A stretch of 64,000 bases of DNA, from NCBI RefSeq assembly GCF_006345805.1, contig NC_042997.1:1674001-1738000 (forward strand). The letters run 5' to 3'. The translations under genes were made by a program, and so were the position numbers. The notes below the pieces were generated by a model. The model had not been told where the DNA came from and searched no databases. It saw only the letters and a program-made list of their open reading frames with translations. The stretch is from Octopus sinensis. Taxonomy: Eukaryota. This document shows, piece by piece, positions 1 to 13,999 of this stretch; positions within the stretch are counted from its first letter, which is position 1, and each line of letters opens with the position of its first letter.

Positions 1-313
1 TATATTTATGTTTATATCTTAAGGTATTTGATTGTTAACATGTCTCATGATGTTATGTCCTGATCTAGAGTAAAATATAGAAATATAAAGAACCGTTGTT
101 AACACGCATACACCAGTAATTTAATCTCTCTCTTTCTCTTATTCTCCATTTCTCTCTGTTTCTGCGCTCTTTCCCTTTCATATAAACCGCTTTACATAGT
201 ATATATTTAAGCAATGTGTTTGTGGATAGTTGAAGGGATAGTTGTGGAACTGAAGAAAGAATAATGACTCTTGAAATATGAATATACACACATTACATAC
301 ATTTTTCTTTATA

Positions 314-879
314 TTGGTCCGTCCGGAAGGTTCGTGCAGATTTTTTAATGAAAGAAAAAGTTCAATAAATACTTGCCATTATATTTTTAATCAACGAAAT
401 ATGAACCATTTTGTTGCACAATGCGTCTCCATCTTTCCTTTAACTTGAAAATACCTTCTTCCCAGAATTGAGGTTGTTTCATGGCAGAGAATTCATCAAG
501 GTATCTTTTTACGTCATCCAAGGAATTGAAACTTTTACCATTATGACTATTCTGCAGAGACCTGAATAAGTGGAAATCCGAAGGAGCAATATCTGGTGAA
601 TATGGAGGGTGGGGTAACACATCCCTGCCGAGCTGCAGCAATTTTTGTATGGTTCCCAAAGCATCAAGTGCCGAAAATGAACTTTCTTATCTTCCATTTT
701 AAAGGGTTATAGAATTAACACAGTTTATACGAACATAAACCGTCTTCCGCGAAAAGCTAGCTTAAACTGTGCTCTAATTGGAGGTGCAGTCAAATCCTAT
801 TTTATGGACTTAAACATGTTCTGAAATATGTCGAAATGTAAGCTACTATAAATCGACACGAACTTTCGGGACAACCTAA
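314..879 (-). mobile_element. Internally deleted mariner (Tc1/mariner) element with TIRs and TA target duplication
   Basis: Imperfect TIRs TTGGTCCGTCCGGAAGGTTCGTGCAGATTT (from 314) and AAATCGACACGAACTTTCGGGACAACCTAA (to 879), flanked by TA at 312-313 and 880-881. Minus strand has a transposase start (MEDKKVHFRHLML) joined to the C-terminus with the mariner motif HPPYSPDIAPSDFHLF (ORF 387-659). Confidence 0.93.
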
Positions 880-3759
880 TAGATCATATTGTCTTCATAG
901 ATGTATTCGTATACACAATCATTGTAACTTTTAGTGCTGGCTCGAAATTTTATAGAAAATCTTAGACATACACAAAACTGAGTACACCGCACTGCTAACG
1001 GACATGTAAGATACCATATTGACTTGTAAAGGTTTAATATACTCGGAAGTATATTATTATGTTGGGAAGAGAAATACTATGCAGTCGCCATAAATTAATA
1101 TTTAAGCACAAGTTGCCAGAAATGTGTTTGATATGTAAATTGGTCGATCCAATAATGTTACACTGATAAACTTAATGCCTATTTAATCATTGCCTTCATG
1201 GATAGCTGACGGGTTATAAGTCTTCGTTGATATTTGGTGGATTGGATGTGTTACTAATGAAAGAGCAATAACTCTTGAAATATAAATATACACGCACAAC
1301 CTATTTATTCTATTTATTGTTTACATAGACGTATCTGTATACGAAATCTCGTAACTTTATCTGCTGTCTATGAATTCTATACGAAATTAGTAGAAAAACT
1401 TACACATACACACACGCGCGCGCGGGTGGGCACATATATGTGTGTGTATGTGTGTGTGTACACTATGTTCTATATTGTGCGAAAGTGCGATAACTGAATG
1501 ATGGGAAAATATTCATAAATACTAAAAATAATATTATAGAATGAATATCCAGCACATAGTAGTATAAATGTTACTACTGAAAATGATGAGTGTGACAGCT
1601 TAGCCTCTAAACGCTTCTGAAACCTAAAGACATTGCAGCCAAGGAAATGCGGTGTCAGGTATTTAATAAATCCATTGTTGTGGTCAGAGGAAACGATTGT
1701 GAGGATATGGTTATTATAAAATAGGGATAGAGAGGAGACCCGGAGCAATAAAAGTAAGTTTACAGACTTTACATGTCATCAGATTTTTGGTTTACATTAA
1801 AACTAAAAGAACTGTAGATCATTTGTATACACGAACACACACACGCACACACACACACACACACACACATACACAAATAGACAGACATATTTATTATGTC
1901 GGTATGTGTGCATACATACACGTACAAATACTGTACATCTGCGTTCGTCTTGACAAAATGCATAGGCTCTTACGTAGATATGGAGAATGTGGTCTTATTT
2001 TAACTTCATTCTTTGTTGGATGTATCCTCAGGTAAGTGGAAACAGATTTTGTGTTATAATTCCGCCACACATATTCCGAAACAAATATTGCCAATATTAA
2101 AATGTCTTTATTGAAGTAAGTACTCGCAAAATCACTTCTATATTTCAAATTTTTGCATGGAATATTTTACGTGTACTTATAACTAAGTAAACCATTAAAA
2201 CAACCCTTAACGTTAATATAGATAGACAAGTCATATTTCTTTTTATTTACGCTTTATCTTTACCTCAGAAAAGCATTGTACTCCGTATTATGTTATTGTT
2301 TCATGTTTTATTGACTTCCTGCAGAAATACGTTTGTTATAGTTCAAGATTTTGGAGGCGTTCCCGCTCGAGGACGCCATTTCGTGAATTTATATCTACAT
2401 GAAAATATTTTCTCCATAAAAGAAATATATATATTTCCCCAAAAGGGAAAAGGAATGATTCTTACAATTAAATTTGCACATTGTTTATGGTGTATACATT
2501 TCTTATGCTCTTGTTTGCAACTAAAAGTACAATTTCCAAACACTCGGAGAATTCAACATAGGAGGAGCTCACGGATTTACGCCTACAGAATGCAATTTAA
2601 CAGCAGTAATAACAATAAGAACAACAACGACTACTATAGTAATAGAGTGATACATCTGTCGAAGATACTTAAGTGTGTTCAGCTTTTTAGACGAGATCAA
2701 ATTGATCTCTTCCTTTAACAGAACATGCATCGTATTTACTGCTGTAACTACATTCTTACGAAGTAGCTGTTTAGCTGTTTGGTATTCGATATTCATTGAC
2801 TCTTTTGCTCTTGGAAATATACCAGCTGCGCATCCTCCTCTCTAGCGTTAGAGATCAGGGATGGAGTTTTGGGTATAGGGAGTACATTTTAACGAATATT
2901 GAATGCCTTATTGATGAATTGTAGGAATTAGTGGGAAGAACAATGAGAGACCATAGGATTGATCATATCAGCACAGGTTAAAACCAAGACGACAGTGTGA
3001 CCCAAAGATGAAATTCATTGCTGCAGATACATTGCTTCAAATACACCATTCATGATAGGTTCAGAGCTCATGCACTTAGTGTTCTTTGTCTCTGTGTCAA
3101 CAATAGCAGATGCAGAAGTCGACCAGAACGCTAATTACTTAGAACGAAGGACAAAAGAAAGAGCTCTTGAAACTTGGGAAACAAACATAAATACGGACTA
3201 AAAATGAATAGATCTAGACAAATGTATGAAGCGAGAATATTCGTAAGTGATGTCTTCAATTCACACTAATCCACAACAGAAAAAATTAGTGGTGGAATCC
3301 GCTGAAGCCGGAGAAGGCCAAATGAAATAATATGTAGATTGGAGAGTGAATAGATAGTAAAGAATAACCCCTATTTGAGAGGAAATTAATATCTTCAAGA
3401 TTGTGTAGAACTACTGAATCACACTCCAATTGATACATAGGACTTAACGTTTCAACAGAATAAACTCATGGCATCCGATATAGTGTGGTCATTGGGTACG
3501 CTGACACGAACTATTTATGTAGCAGATGCTTACACACCACATGAAAGAATTTGAATTATTGGCATTTACATGTGTTTTTAGAACTAACGCTTTAACTGAA
3601 TATATCGCAAAGGGCTAAATCCTAACCAATATCCGATATTTTAAAAGCATGTTTCTCCTTTCATGTAACCCTTTTTGTATCGCACGTTTGTATCATCTTC
3701 CATATATACACACAAAACATTTTACTCTTATTCTTATTATCTTTAATGTTGCTGTTGAT

Positions 3760-4004
3760 ATCATCATCATCATCATCATCATTATCATCATCATCATCAT
3801 CATCATCATTATCATCAAAATCATCATTGTTGTTATTATTACTATTATTATTAATACTATTAGTATTTGCAGTGGAAGTAGCATTTGTAGTAATATTAGT
3901 AGTGGTGGTGGTTATAGTGGTGGTGTTCGTAGCAGCAGCAACACCAGCTGCAATAATATTGCTATTGTCGTTGTAGCTGTGGTTATTTGTTTTCTTGATA
4001 GTAT

Positions 4005-4044
<40 letters not shown>

Positions 4045-4055
4045 TAATAATAATA

Positions 4056-4093
<38 letters not shown>

Positions 4094-4094
4094 G

Positions 4095-4126
<32 letters not shown>

Positions 4127-4133
4127 GATTATG

Positions 4134-4180
<47 letters not shown>

Positions 4181-4262
4181 GATTATTACTATTATTATTA
4201 TTATTATTATTATTTTTATTGTTATTATTATTATTTTTATTGTTATTATTATTATTATTATT
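3760..4262. repeat. Compound trinucleotide microsatellite (ATC)n / (AAT)n / (ATT)n
   Basis: Directly visible; (AAT)n switches to (ATT)n near 4055. Confidence 0.95.
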
Positions 4263-4846
4263 TAATCAGATTAGTTTTTGCTGTACCAAATGAATTTCAG
4301 GCAATCTGTTTACCCAATCTGAAATTGTTTTCAGTATTTGCATTATTTCCAGCCCAAAGTGGAGCATATTCGCGGGTTTAAATGTGTTTATTTGATTGTC
4401 ATCATCAATGCTTGAAATGATTTCCCCGAGGATGTTGAAACGTAATCTATGTGGTCTGTATTAAAGGCGAAATAAACATGTTGTATGTGAGAAGTATCTG
4501 AGTATGACGTCAGAACATTATAAAGATAAAAACTGAAAACGTAAAGACTCTGAAGATTTTGGATTTGGTTAAGCATTTAAGAGAGTCACAGGAGGCATTT
4601 TCTCACAAAATGAAAGGGAAATATTATTATAAATATTTTCTCTTGTGAATTAGCAATGATGAGAGCAAACACAGGATAGAAAAGGACTCATAAAAGAGTG
4701 AGAATGGTGTGTGTCAGGACTACATTCTTGCTTTATGTTCTAATCCCATTATGGATGCTTGGCACTCACATGCCTACATACATGCATGCATAAATATACA
4801 AATATACACATATACATATATATGTGTACGTATACCTCTCTCTCTC

Positions 4847-5300
<454 letters not shown>

Positions 5301-5639
5301 ACATATGTATGTATCTATGTATGTATGCATGTATATCGAACTGCAGAGACAGGTTTTCTTAAGCTGTTTTTCAGCATGCATGCTACAGAGCCAGCATGTA
5401 TCTCCATTATTTCGAATCGTGAAATTCTATATATTTTGGGTTATTTCGTAAGCACACAATACCCTGTAGTCAAACATTCGCAACTATATATTTCCTTTAC
5501 AAAATACATCCTAATTTTACACAATACTTTAACTACAAGCTTTTCAACACTGTAAAGTACAATAATATCATTAACTATTTCCATATAGTATCCATAGACT
5601 ATGTATTTTGCTTATTTCTTGTTGTTAATTATTACTTTC

Positions 5640-5834
5640 ATTTACTTGTTTCACTAATTTGATTGCGGCCATCCTGGAGCACCGACTGTAGTTGAATAAA
5701 TTGACCCCAGCACTTATTCTTTGTAAGCCTGGTACTTATTCTGTCGATATCTCTTTTAGAACCGCTAAGTTGCGTGCATGTAAAAAACACCAAAATCGGT
5801 AGTCAAGCGATGGTGGTGGAGACAGATACAGACA

Positions 5835-5891
<57 letters not shown>

Positions 5892-6147
5892 TGTCTGTGT
5901 CTGTCTCCACCACCATCGCTTGACGGCGAGCTGGCAGAAACGTTAGCACGCCGGGCGAGATGCTTAGTGGTATTTCATCTGCCGCTACGCTCTGAGTTCA
6001 AATTCCGCCGAGGTCGACTTTGCCTTTCATCCTTTCGGGGTCGATAAATTAAGTACCAGTTACGCAGTGGGGTCGATATAATCGACTTAATCCATTTGTC
6101 TGTCCTTGTTTGTACCCTCTGTGTTTAGCCCCTTGTGTGTAGTAAAG

Positions 6148-6204
<57 letters not shown>

Positions 6205-6372
6205 CATATATAAGACGGTTTTCTTTCAGTTTCCGTTTACCAGTTCTACTCACAAGGATTTTGGTCGGCTCGGGACCATAATAGAAACACTTTTGCAAGA
6301 TGCCCCGCAGACATTTCAACCCAGAACCGTGTGGTTGGGAAGCAAACCTCTTACCACACAATCTCTCCTGCG
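5640..6372 (-). mobile_element. tRNA-derived SINE (family A), split in two by a nested family B SINE and (TA)n
   Basis: The 3' part (5640-5836) and 5' part (6213-6372) are reverse complements of the intact copy at 41376-41775. Confidence 0.8.
5924..6150 (+). mobile_element. tRNA-derived SINE (family B), near full length
   Basis: A-box-like GAGCTGGCAGAA, B-box-like GAGTTCAAATTCC, central GACTTTGCCTTTCATCCTTTCGGGGTCGATAAA; several copies in the window. Confidence 0.88.
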
Positions 6373-6949
6373 CATATATTTTCCATTTTCGCACAGGCTA
6401 ATCGAAATCAACTGAAATATTTTGTCTATTTCGGCATGATAAGCAACTCAAGAAAAATTAAATTTCAAAAAATGATAAAGAATCAAAAGGAGACCACAGC
6501 AACGACATGAACAGCAGACATAATGTAACACTTTAATGCCGATACACGACGTCTACAAAAATTGCAACGGATCTCAAAGTGAGATCAATAATCTCAGTTT
6601 TTTTCTTAAAATTAAAACTTGCATGTCTCATCTTTAAATCCCTTTGCCAAAAGTGTAGATCAACTTTTTAATATCTGCCAAGAGAAACAAATCCAAAGGG
6701 AACTGAAACTGAATCAAACGGCAAGTCCATATCGCACCGTAATTAACCACGGATAAACTCGCTTAAATCTGTCTACTTACTGCAGAACGCGATGATCAGC
6801 CACGCCAACGACTACAACCACTACATCTGCAGCAACATCACGACAGCAACAATAATTGAAACGATGACCACAACAACAGCAAAGGATCTTTAAGCCACTT
6901 TATGACAATAGACTTCCCACAATCATCATCGACATCATTACTCTCACAA

Positions 6950-6950
6950 T

Positions 6951-6994
<44 letters not shown>

Positions 6995-7063
6995 GCTACT
7001 ACTACTACTACTACTGCTACTACTGCTGCTGCTGCTGCTACTACAGCTACTACTACTACAACA

Positions 7064-7127
<64 letters not shown>
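6950..7127. repeat. (ACT)n microsatellite
   Basis: Directly visible; gives the poly-T ORF. Confidence 0.95.
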
Positions 7128-7209
7128 TCAGTGTCTAACCCTTACCTATACTTTCTATTCTACCAGTGTCTCCAATCTCATGATATCCTTATTTCTCTCT
7201 CTCTCTCTA

Positions 7210-8400
7210 ATCCCCATTACCTCAATATAATCAAATTCAAGCAAATCTAAACAAAAATTCTACAAAAGAAATCCAAAAATATAGACCGCACCGGTAGAAC
7301 AAATGGTGGATTTGGTATTTTTCTTCACGATCCATTCACCGTTGATACAAATATGTCATTCTGCAATGGCTAATGACAATCACAATCTGTGTATAATAAA
7401 ATTAATGATTTAGCAAAAATTGGACGCTACAGACCACCCATAGCGCCACTACGGTGTTCCTAATGATAATGCATCACAAATAATTAGTCAATTATTAAAC
7501 CAGTGCCAATCTGGTAATATTTTAATTCTGGACAGCTTTCCAGTTTCCCCTTAACTGATCTGCTAATAGCTTGAAAACAGGTGAGTACATTTCAATCCCA
7601 GAAAAAGCGGCAATGAAATCAGTATTCAAAATTCATGGTCAATGTTTTCTCTGTCACGGCTCGTGCTTGTGTCAGCAAGAGTCAGCCAAAAATACATTGG
7701 GCTTGGTGTTAATTAACCATACTGTCCATATTATCACACTCGATAAAGCACTGCTTTCATATCGAGATATGATTTTCTGTAGCCTAAGAGTACAGAACTC
7801 AAATATGACACCGAACGATCTCAATTTAGCTCACTCTGCTGAAATCACGTATCTTCACAATGTTAACTGGAAGACAATCACTCATTTGTTGATTGGTCTT
7901 TCACACACAACCTCACCCCAAATTATATCAGTACATCCTAGTAGCTGTTTGTGGACATTTTCATAAATATATGTTCACACTACACTCCCCTATACTCTGT
8001 GAGCAGAAATAAATCCACGCAAACACATAACAGAAAATGAGTTTAAGAAAAATAAATACGGTTAATCTGAACACGAACAGGCTAAAATAGCGCCGGCTAT
8101 ACCCCCACCTCCAAACAACAGACATAAGGTTACAATATCTTCAAAAGTACATGCCGTCCGTCATCGATAGTCAAAAATAGCAGAAAACTGGGCTATTCAG
8201 AAAATAAAATCAAACCTAAAGTGTTCTTCCCATTCGCCCAAAAGCATAAGTTCTCTATCTCGCCTGTTGATGAAGACAACACTATGTATAGTGGTGTAGA
8301 AGACATCATTGAAAGTCTGCAGAATTTCAATCCTGGTTGGGCGGCTGTATCGTAGACACTAGAACCCAATTCATTCAGCCTAGTTATGCATTTACAGTCA
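7210..8400 (+). mobile_element. Degenerate CR1/L2-type LINE ORF2, APE endonuclease region
   Basis: Manual translation gives APE-like motifs in the expected order: DRTGRTNGGFGIF (~7284), IGRYRPP (~7420-7439), NILIL, KNTLGLVLINH (cf. N.LDLVLTN), NVNWKTI, and a KIKSN..VFF motif near 8205. Many stops and frameshifts. Confidence 0.65.
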
Positions 8401-8799
8401 AAACGGAAATAGCATCCTTTTTTCTTTTTCCTTTCTCCTTTTACATTTTCCTTGTGATTTCCGGTGTTTTCAACATTTCACCTTTTCAATCAGTCTTCTT
8501 AACTTTTCTTGTATTTTCCTTTATTCTAACATCCGGCTTTAGCATGTAAATACATGTGAGCATAACCTGAATATTCCAATAAGGCACCAAATGACTGAAT
8601 TCGATCTGCATCTGTCATGCATTTCTTTCCCGTTGGGAAGAGATAATCACAGTCATTTAATCATTTTGCTTGCTACCGTAAACTCTGTGACTACAAAAAA
8701 TTTACTTCGTGGGCAGTGCAGGCTGAATTCGTTGAAAACTATAACACAAATAATTTTCTTCTTTATGAGTTATCCTCATTCTGTTTTCATGCCCAATTT

Positions 8800-9598
8800 A
8801 CTGGCAATGGGTATTTTCATAACAAGTTCAAGTTTAACACAATAAATATGCCATCCGAACGTTGTATAGAAGAAAAGTGAAAACTATCTTGTGCAGTATA
8901 GTGGAGCAAGTTATGGCTCGGTGGAGCTCTATGTGTTCGAATAACCGTGTTTGTGTCGCTATAATTACTCAAATGCGAGCGAGGTGCATTACTTGTTAAT
9001 TGAATGTTCATTACTTGTTAAGGAGGACGAATGCCACATATTTGGAGATGGCCAATGTGTGGTTCCTCGCAATTCGGGCATTTAATGTAGTAGATCAAAT
9101 TTCTGCATTTGTAGTTCATATCATCATTTGCGAAAATCTGTCCATTTTTGTTCTAATGGATCTCTTAGTATGCATGTATTAATACATTTCACATCTGTTA
9201 GCATTACACTTGAGTACTGTGAGTGACCTATGCTGTTTGTTTATGTAGCATTTTGCCTTTGTTAATAGTTTCTTTAGGTTACGTGATTGCCTTTTGCTAA
9301 AAATGAGTGTTTGATTAGTTATTATGCTTTTTAAATTTTCACTTTGTTTCATGATTGGCAAATTTTTTTTGATGATGTTAAAAATGTTTGTCGTGGTGTG
9401 CATTGTGTGTCAATAGGAATGGTAATGTCTCCAGTTCAGGGTTTCTTCTTTCTTGTGTTGCCCTAAATAGTTCTATAGGTATCTTTTTTTTGCTCGTTGT
9501 ATGCTATTTTCTATCAGTAGGAATAGATAATTTTGCCTCAGCGGAAATCCTTTGAGTTCTATAAGTTGTGTGATCCTGGTATTTGGATCATCTACTAT
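8800..9598 (-). mobile_element. Penelope-like element remnant: linker plus GIY-YIG endonuclease
   Basis: Minus strand: SKRQSRNLKKLL...KCNANRC (PLE Cys linker), then MNYKCRNLIYYIKCPNCEEPHIG (GIY-YIG motif) at ~9050-9120. Confidence 0.8.
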
Positions 9599-9599
9599 G

Positions 9600-11165
9600 A
9601 GAAAGAAAACGGCCAAGAAGAAACAGGTGTGAAACATCTTATAGGATAGACCCTAAAATTATTAACCTGTCAAAAAGAAATATGGACAGTGACGAAATTT
9701 AATTATTGATGAAAGTACTACAGTTCACACCTACACCTACAGTCAACCATCAGGAATTGGCGGAAGGTACTCAACATGTTTTTGTCGGAAGCAGTGGCCT
9801 GTGGAGTTTTTTACTGGAAAAATTATGAGAAGATGTCTACTTGACGAAAAATAAATTGCAAATTAACCCTCTAGAAGGACGAAATACACATCTACGTGAG
9901 TTCATTGATATCCTCTCCAGATTTCCACTGAGGTATACCATCAACCTCAGACCATATATTTCAAAATTAGAAGCGCCTGCCCTTATTCGTCTTAAAGATG
10001 ACAACACAATTGTCATCATACAAGCGGATAAAGTGGGTGCCATTGTTATTATGGATGTGAAATATTACCGTGATCTAGTTGAATATGATTTGAAGGATAC
10101 AACGTTCTACCATGAAATACCCTCGAATATTGACCACCGCATGATGAAGAGACTCAATTATTTAGTCTCAAAACATTATAACTTCCCCACTTCTAATGAA
10201 AGGAGATATATTACCAATTTTGGGTCTAAACCCAGCAACTACTATGGCTTACCTAAAATACATGTCTAAAGGAATATAAAACGCAATAAAAGAACAAGGC
10301 TGTGAATACATAAAACTGCCACAACAAAAGACCTTAAGCTAAGACCCGTTATAGCTGGTTCAGCTTGTCCTATACTTCGTCTGAGCAACCTTGTTGACAT
10401 TATCCTAAAGCTCTTTTGTAGTCACATACCCGGTTTCATTCGGGACGACATCGGTTTCCTGTCACGTCTGCTCAAAACAACTTTTAGTTTTGATGTACCA
10501 ATTTTATATACGAATATTGTACATGATTTGGGAATTACTTCTATAAAATATTGCGTCCCGAAACATAGAGTAGCGATCCCCAGTAGATTTACAGAAACCT
10601 TCATACTAGACACTATATGTGTCACCCTCGAAAATAATACATTCCTTTTCAACTGTTAAAACCACCACCATATTTCGAGGCACAAATATGAGGATGCAAT
10701 TTGCTCCAGTATTCACGAATTCAGTATTGGGATTCTTGGAACATAACCTATATAAAAAAATTGAAGAGAACTATGGCATGACCTTTAGAAGACATATAGA
10801 AGATATAGAAAAAATACTTCGACGATTGTTTCCTAATTTGGACCAAATCCCTAGAAAATCTGGAAGAATACAGAAACCTCCTCAGCAATCTACTCCCTAG
10901 TCTCAAATTCCCCAGAAAAATGAGCAATACACAATTAACATATCTTGACATAATGGTACTTAAAAACAACACCACAATCTCAACTGATATTTATTACAAA
11001 AGCACAGATAAACACCAGTACCTACATTTCAAATCTTGCCACCCAGCACATACAAGGCGCAATATCCCGTACTGTCTAGCGAGGAAAATTTGTAAAATAG
11101 CAGATGATCCAAATACCAAGAGCATACGACTTATAGATCTCAAAGTAGTTCTGCCCAAGCAAATC
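9600..11165 (+). mobile_element. Penelope-like element remnant: reverse transcriptase
   Basis: ORFs 9841-10269 (IIQADKVGAIVIMD, YYGLPKIH), 10619-10900 (GTNMRMQFAPVFTN) and 10920-11255 (YLDI, IYYKSTDKHQYLHFKSCHP) are typical PLE RT motifs; frameshifted. Confidence 0.9.
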
Positions 11166-11811
11166 GGTTTATTAAAATTGTCAAACCTGTTCGTACAGAA
11201 AGAACAAAAATGGTATAACAACCAGTTAATAATGTGGATTAAAAAATATATTTAACATATGTAGTTAAAAAACTACAGAAGAGTCCAACCAATTAAAATA
11301 AAAATGATCGAAACCAACTAAGTTTGCTCACTCATAAAACCATTACATTTAAACTGCAAGCTAACTGGTTAAATTAAAAGCGGGATATATGCCATTAATA
11401 TTGGTACGCCAGCAAACTGTTGCGTTGAGGTGCATGCGGATTGACGAAAACCGTATTTCAAAAATTAAACTTGGATCCTTCTAAGCGGAACAAAACTGAA
11501 TCAGTGAGTCAATTTTCTACAGTTGTTAAGAACGCAAATGTCAGTTAAATACATTTTGAAATCTGATGATTACTACTAACGTATGAACGTGGCAATTGGA
11601 GTTTATGAACATTACAAAATATTGTTTTAATGTTTTACTTCAACATTGTAAAAAACAATTATATATATTTTTTAAATAACAAAAGGAAAAAACTGTAAAA
11701 CATTATCTTTCTTCAACTGATTCCTTATTCTAATTATATGCCCATTTACACAAATTCGTTTCTCTCTCTCGCTCTTGCTCTCTCTCTCGCTCTTGCTCTC
11801 TCTCCCTCTCT

Positions 11812-11842
<31 letters not shown>

Positions 11843-11844
11843 CA

Positions 11845-11995
11845 CAAAAAATACACAAAAATTCACAAAAATACAATAGACGAAGACAGGTGGTGTAGAC
11901 AATAAACAGATGTATTAGTTTAATGTCCGGGTATGTAACGTTTCGAGCCTACGCGCTTTCACAGAAAAGAACACAGAAAGAAACGAGGAGAGATA
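11845..11995 (-). mobile_element. Short non-coding repeat with a decayed minimal hammerhead core, next to (TA)n
   Basis: Minus strand 11964-11936 reads CTGTGAA-AGCGC-GTAG-GCTC-GAAACGTTA; same layout as 14000-14222. Confidence 0.5.
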
Positions 11996-12071
11996 TCTTA
12001 GATTCCACATTAAATGTCATATTTGAAAGGTTACAATAAAATGTTTCAGAAATGTTAGAGGACTGATATAT

Positions 12072-13099
12072 TTAATCAACGTATGATCCATATTCATTTA
12101 TGACATTTACCCATCGTTTCTCTATGCCATATATTCCATCTTTATAAAAAAATTATGTTTTGCTGTGTCAAACTATCCGAATGCTTCAATTAGTTCATTA
12201 GTTCTTCTCTATTTAAAAATGTTTTATTTATTATGTAAAGCTCAAAAATGTTTAATGAGGTGATGGTCAGTAGGACAGATATCAGAGGAATAAGGAGATT
12301 GTTCAAAACCTTATAATTTTGTCTTCCTAGATTTGGACCTTAGCTTGGTGAGTGTGAGGACGTGTATTGTCGTGGAGCAAAATTGGGCATCTCTGTTCAC
12401 TAGTCTGGGTTGCTTCTTTTTTCAAATTCTCCAGCATACAGTCAATTTCCAGCAATACGATGTTGCTCTTACCGCTTTACATGTAAAAATGAATAATGAA
12501 TAACTCTCTTCGTAGTCTACTATAGAGCGACCACTAACTTTGTAGAGTGCAATGATGGGTTTGAGCAGTATTTAAGTGACTCTCCTGCATCGAATCGCTG
12601 ATCGTTTCTCAAGCTGTTGTCTAAGAGTATATATTTCTCATCACAAGTAAGGATTTGATGCAGAAAGAGTCTTTTTCCAGTCGAGAAAACAATAAAGTGT
12701 ACACTTTCAGGCCTCTGTTTTTTTACTTAATCTCATTCAGTTGATGTGGAAGAAACCTATCCGTTTTCTTGACTCTTCCAATATTTTACAGGTGTCCGAA
12801 AAAGTTGTGCAAGTTATTTGGAGTTCTGATGAAAGATTTCGAACCTTTGTACTCGGAATTGTTTCAACCAAATCATTTAATCCATCATGGCGAATAACTG
12901 ATTTTGGCCTACCATTGGTTTATTTTCAAGGCTATCATCTCCTGAACAAGATCTTTGAAACCATCTCTAAACAGTTCAGATGCCAACAAATCTAATACCA
13001 AATGCCCGCTTGATATTCCGTAGACCTTCTGGCAGAGTGTCCCAGTTTGTACTCATACGAGAAAATCACTCAGCATTGTTTGGTTGTTATCATTTCCAT
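12072..13099 (-). pseudogene. Decayed mariner transposase
   Basis: Minus strand: MEMITTKQ..IFSYEYKLGHSA start, LTCDEKYIL (first D), HDNTRPH (second D), SPYSSDICPTDHHL (YSPDLAP-like); multiple stops. Confidence 0.85.
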
Positions 13100-13999
13100 A
13101 AGGTCTGTGGGTACGAATTCTGTATAACAATATTGTTGGGAAAGAAAGAGTTAAGATTAAATGCAAGTTAGACAACCACTCAATCTGTAGAGGGGGATGT
13201 CCTTTAGTTCATCTAAACAACATTGCCTGTATACTTGCCTTTGCTGAAAATTTCGGATCTAGAATTAAGTAGTGCGGTGGAATTCTTACTTCTAAAAGAG
13301 TATTCTAATCGAACCTCTGGTAAAACATTTCCTGTCTTTATGGTTTACTGAAAAATGATTAAAAGAGTCAGTAATTTGTTGCTTAATATGGGTGAACCAT
13401 ATGACTTCTCTAGATCTATTTTCAGGCGTATTGAGATATTTTGCAACATCTGTATGATGGTATAGAAAAACATAATTAAAGTATTAAAATGTTTAGAATG
13501 CTATGCCACAACCTCGGAGATATTACATGATCTAATTATTTCATATTTTATAAGGGAAACTAGATGTAAAGATTTACTTAAACTTAAAAATCATTTCTTA
13601 TTTCTAAAGATTTATATATTTCAAAAATACATTTACAATCACAGACTCTGCCTGTGGTGAAAGCATAAATATAATTTACAATGACTTGAAGATAGAGATT
13701 ATGTTTCAAAACTTAAAACTTTTGGAGAAAATTACTAAATACAGAATGAATACAAGTTGAAAGGCAATCATACTAGTATTTGACTTCTTAAAACTGAATG
13801 AAGTTCAAGGACACAATCTTCCGTATCTTTAAAACCGAATCACGTCAGATTTTAAATTAAATCATAACAATCCTTTATAACCTTACTATTAAACATCGAA
13901 GCTCTTAATCTCTCATAAACAATGATAAAATTATTAGGATTTCTTTACATATTTTAATGTTTCTCTACTCCGTATTGAATTTCTTGAGTGATTCAAGTA

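Noticed and set aside
4005-4262. (AAT)n to (ATT)n strand switch forming a potential hairpin
   Set aside because: Such switches are plausible by chance in DNA this rich in microsatellites; no further evidence of function.
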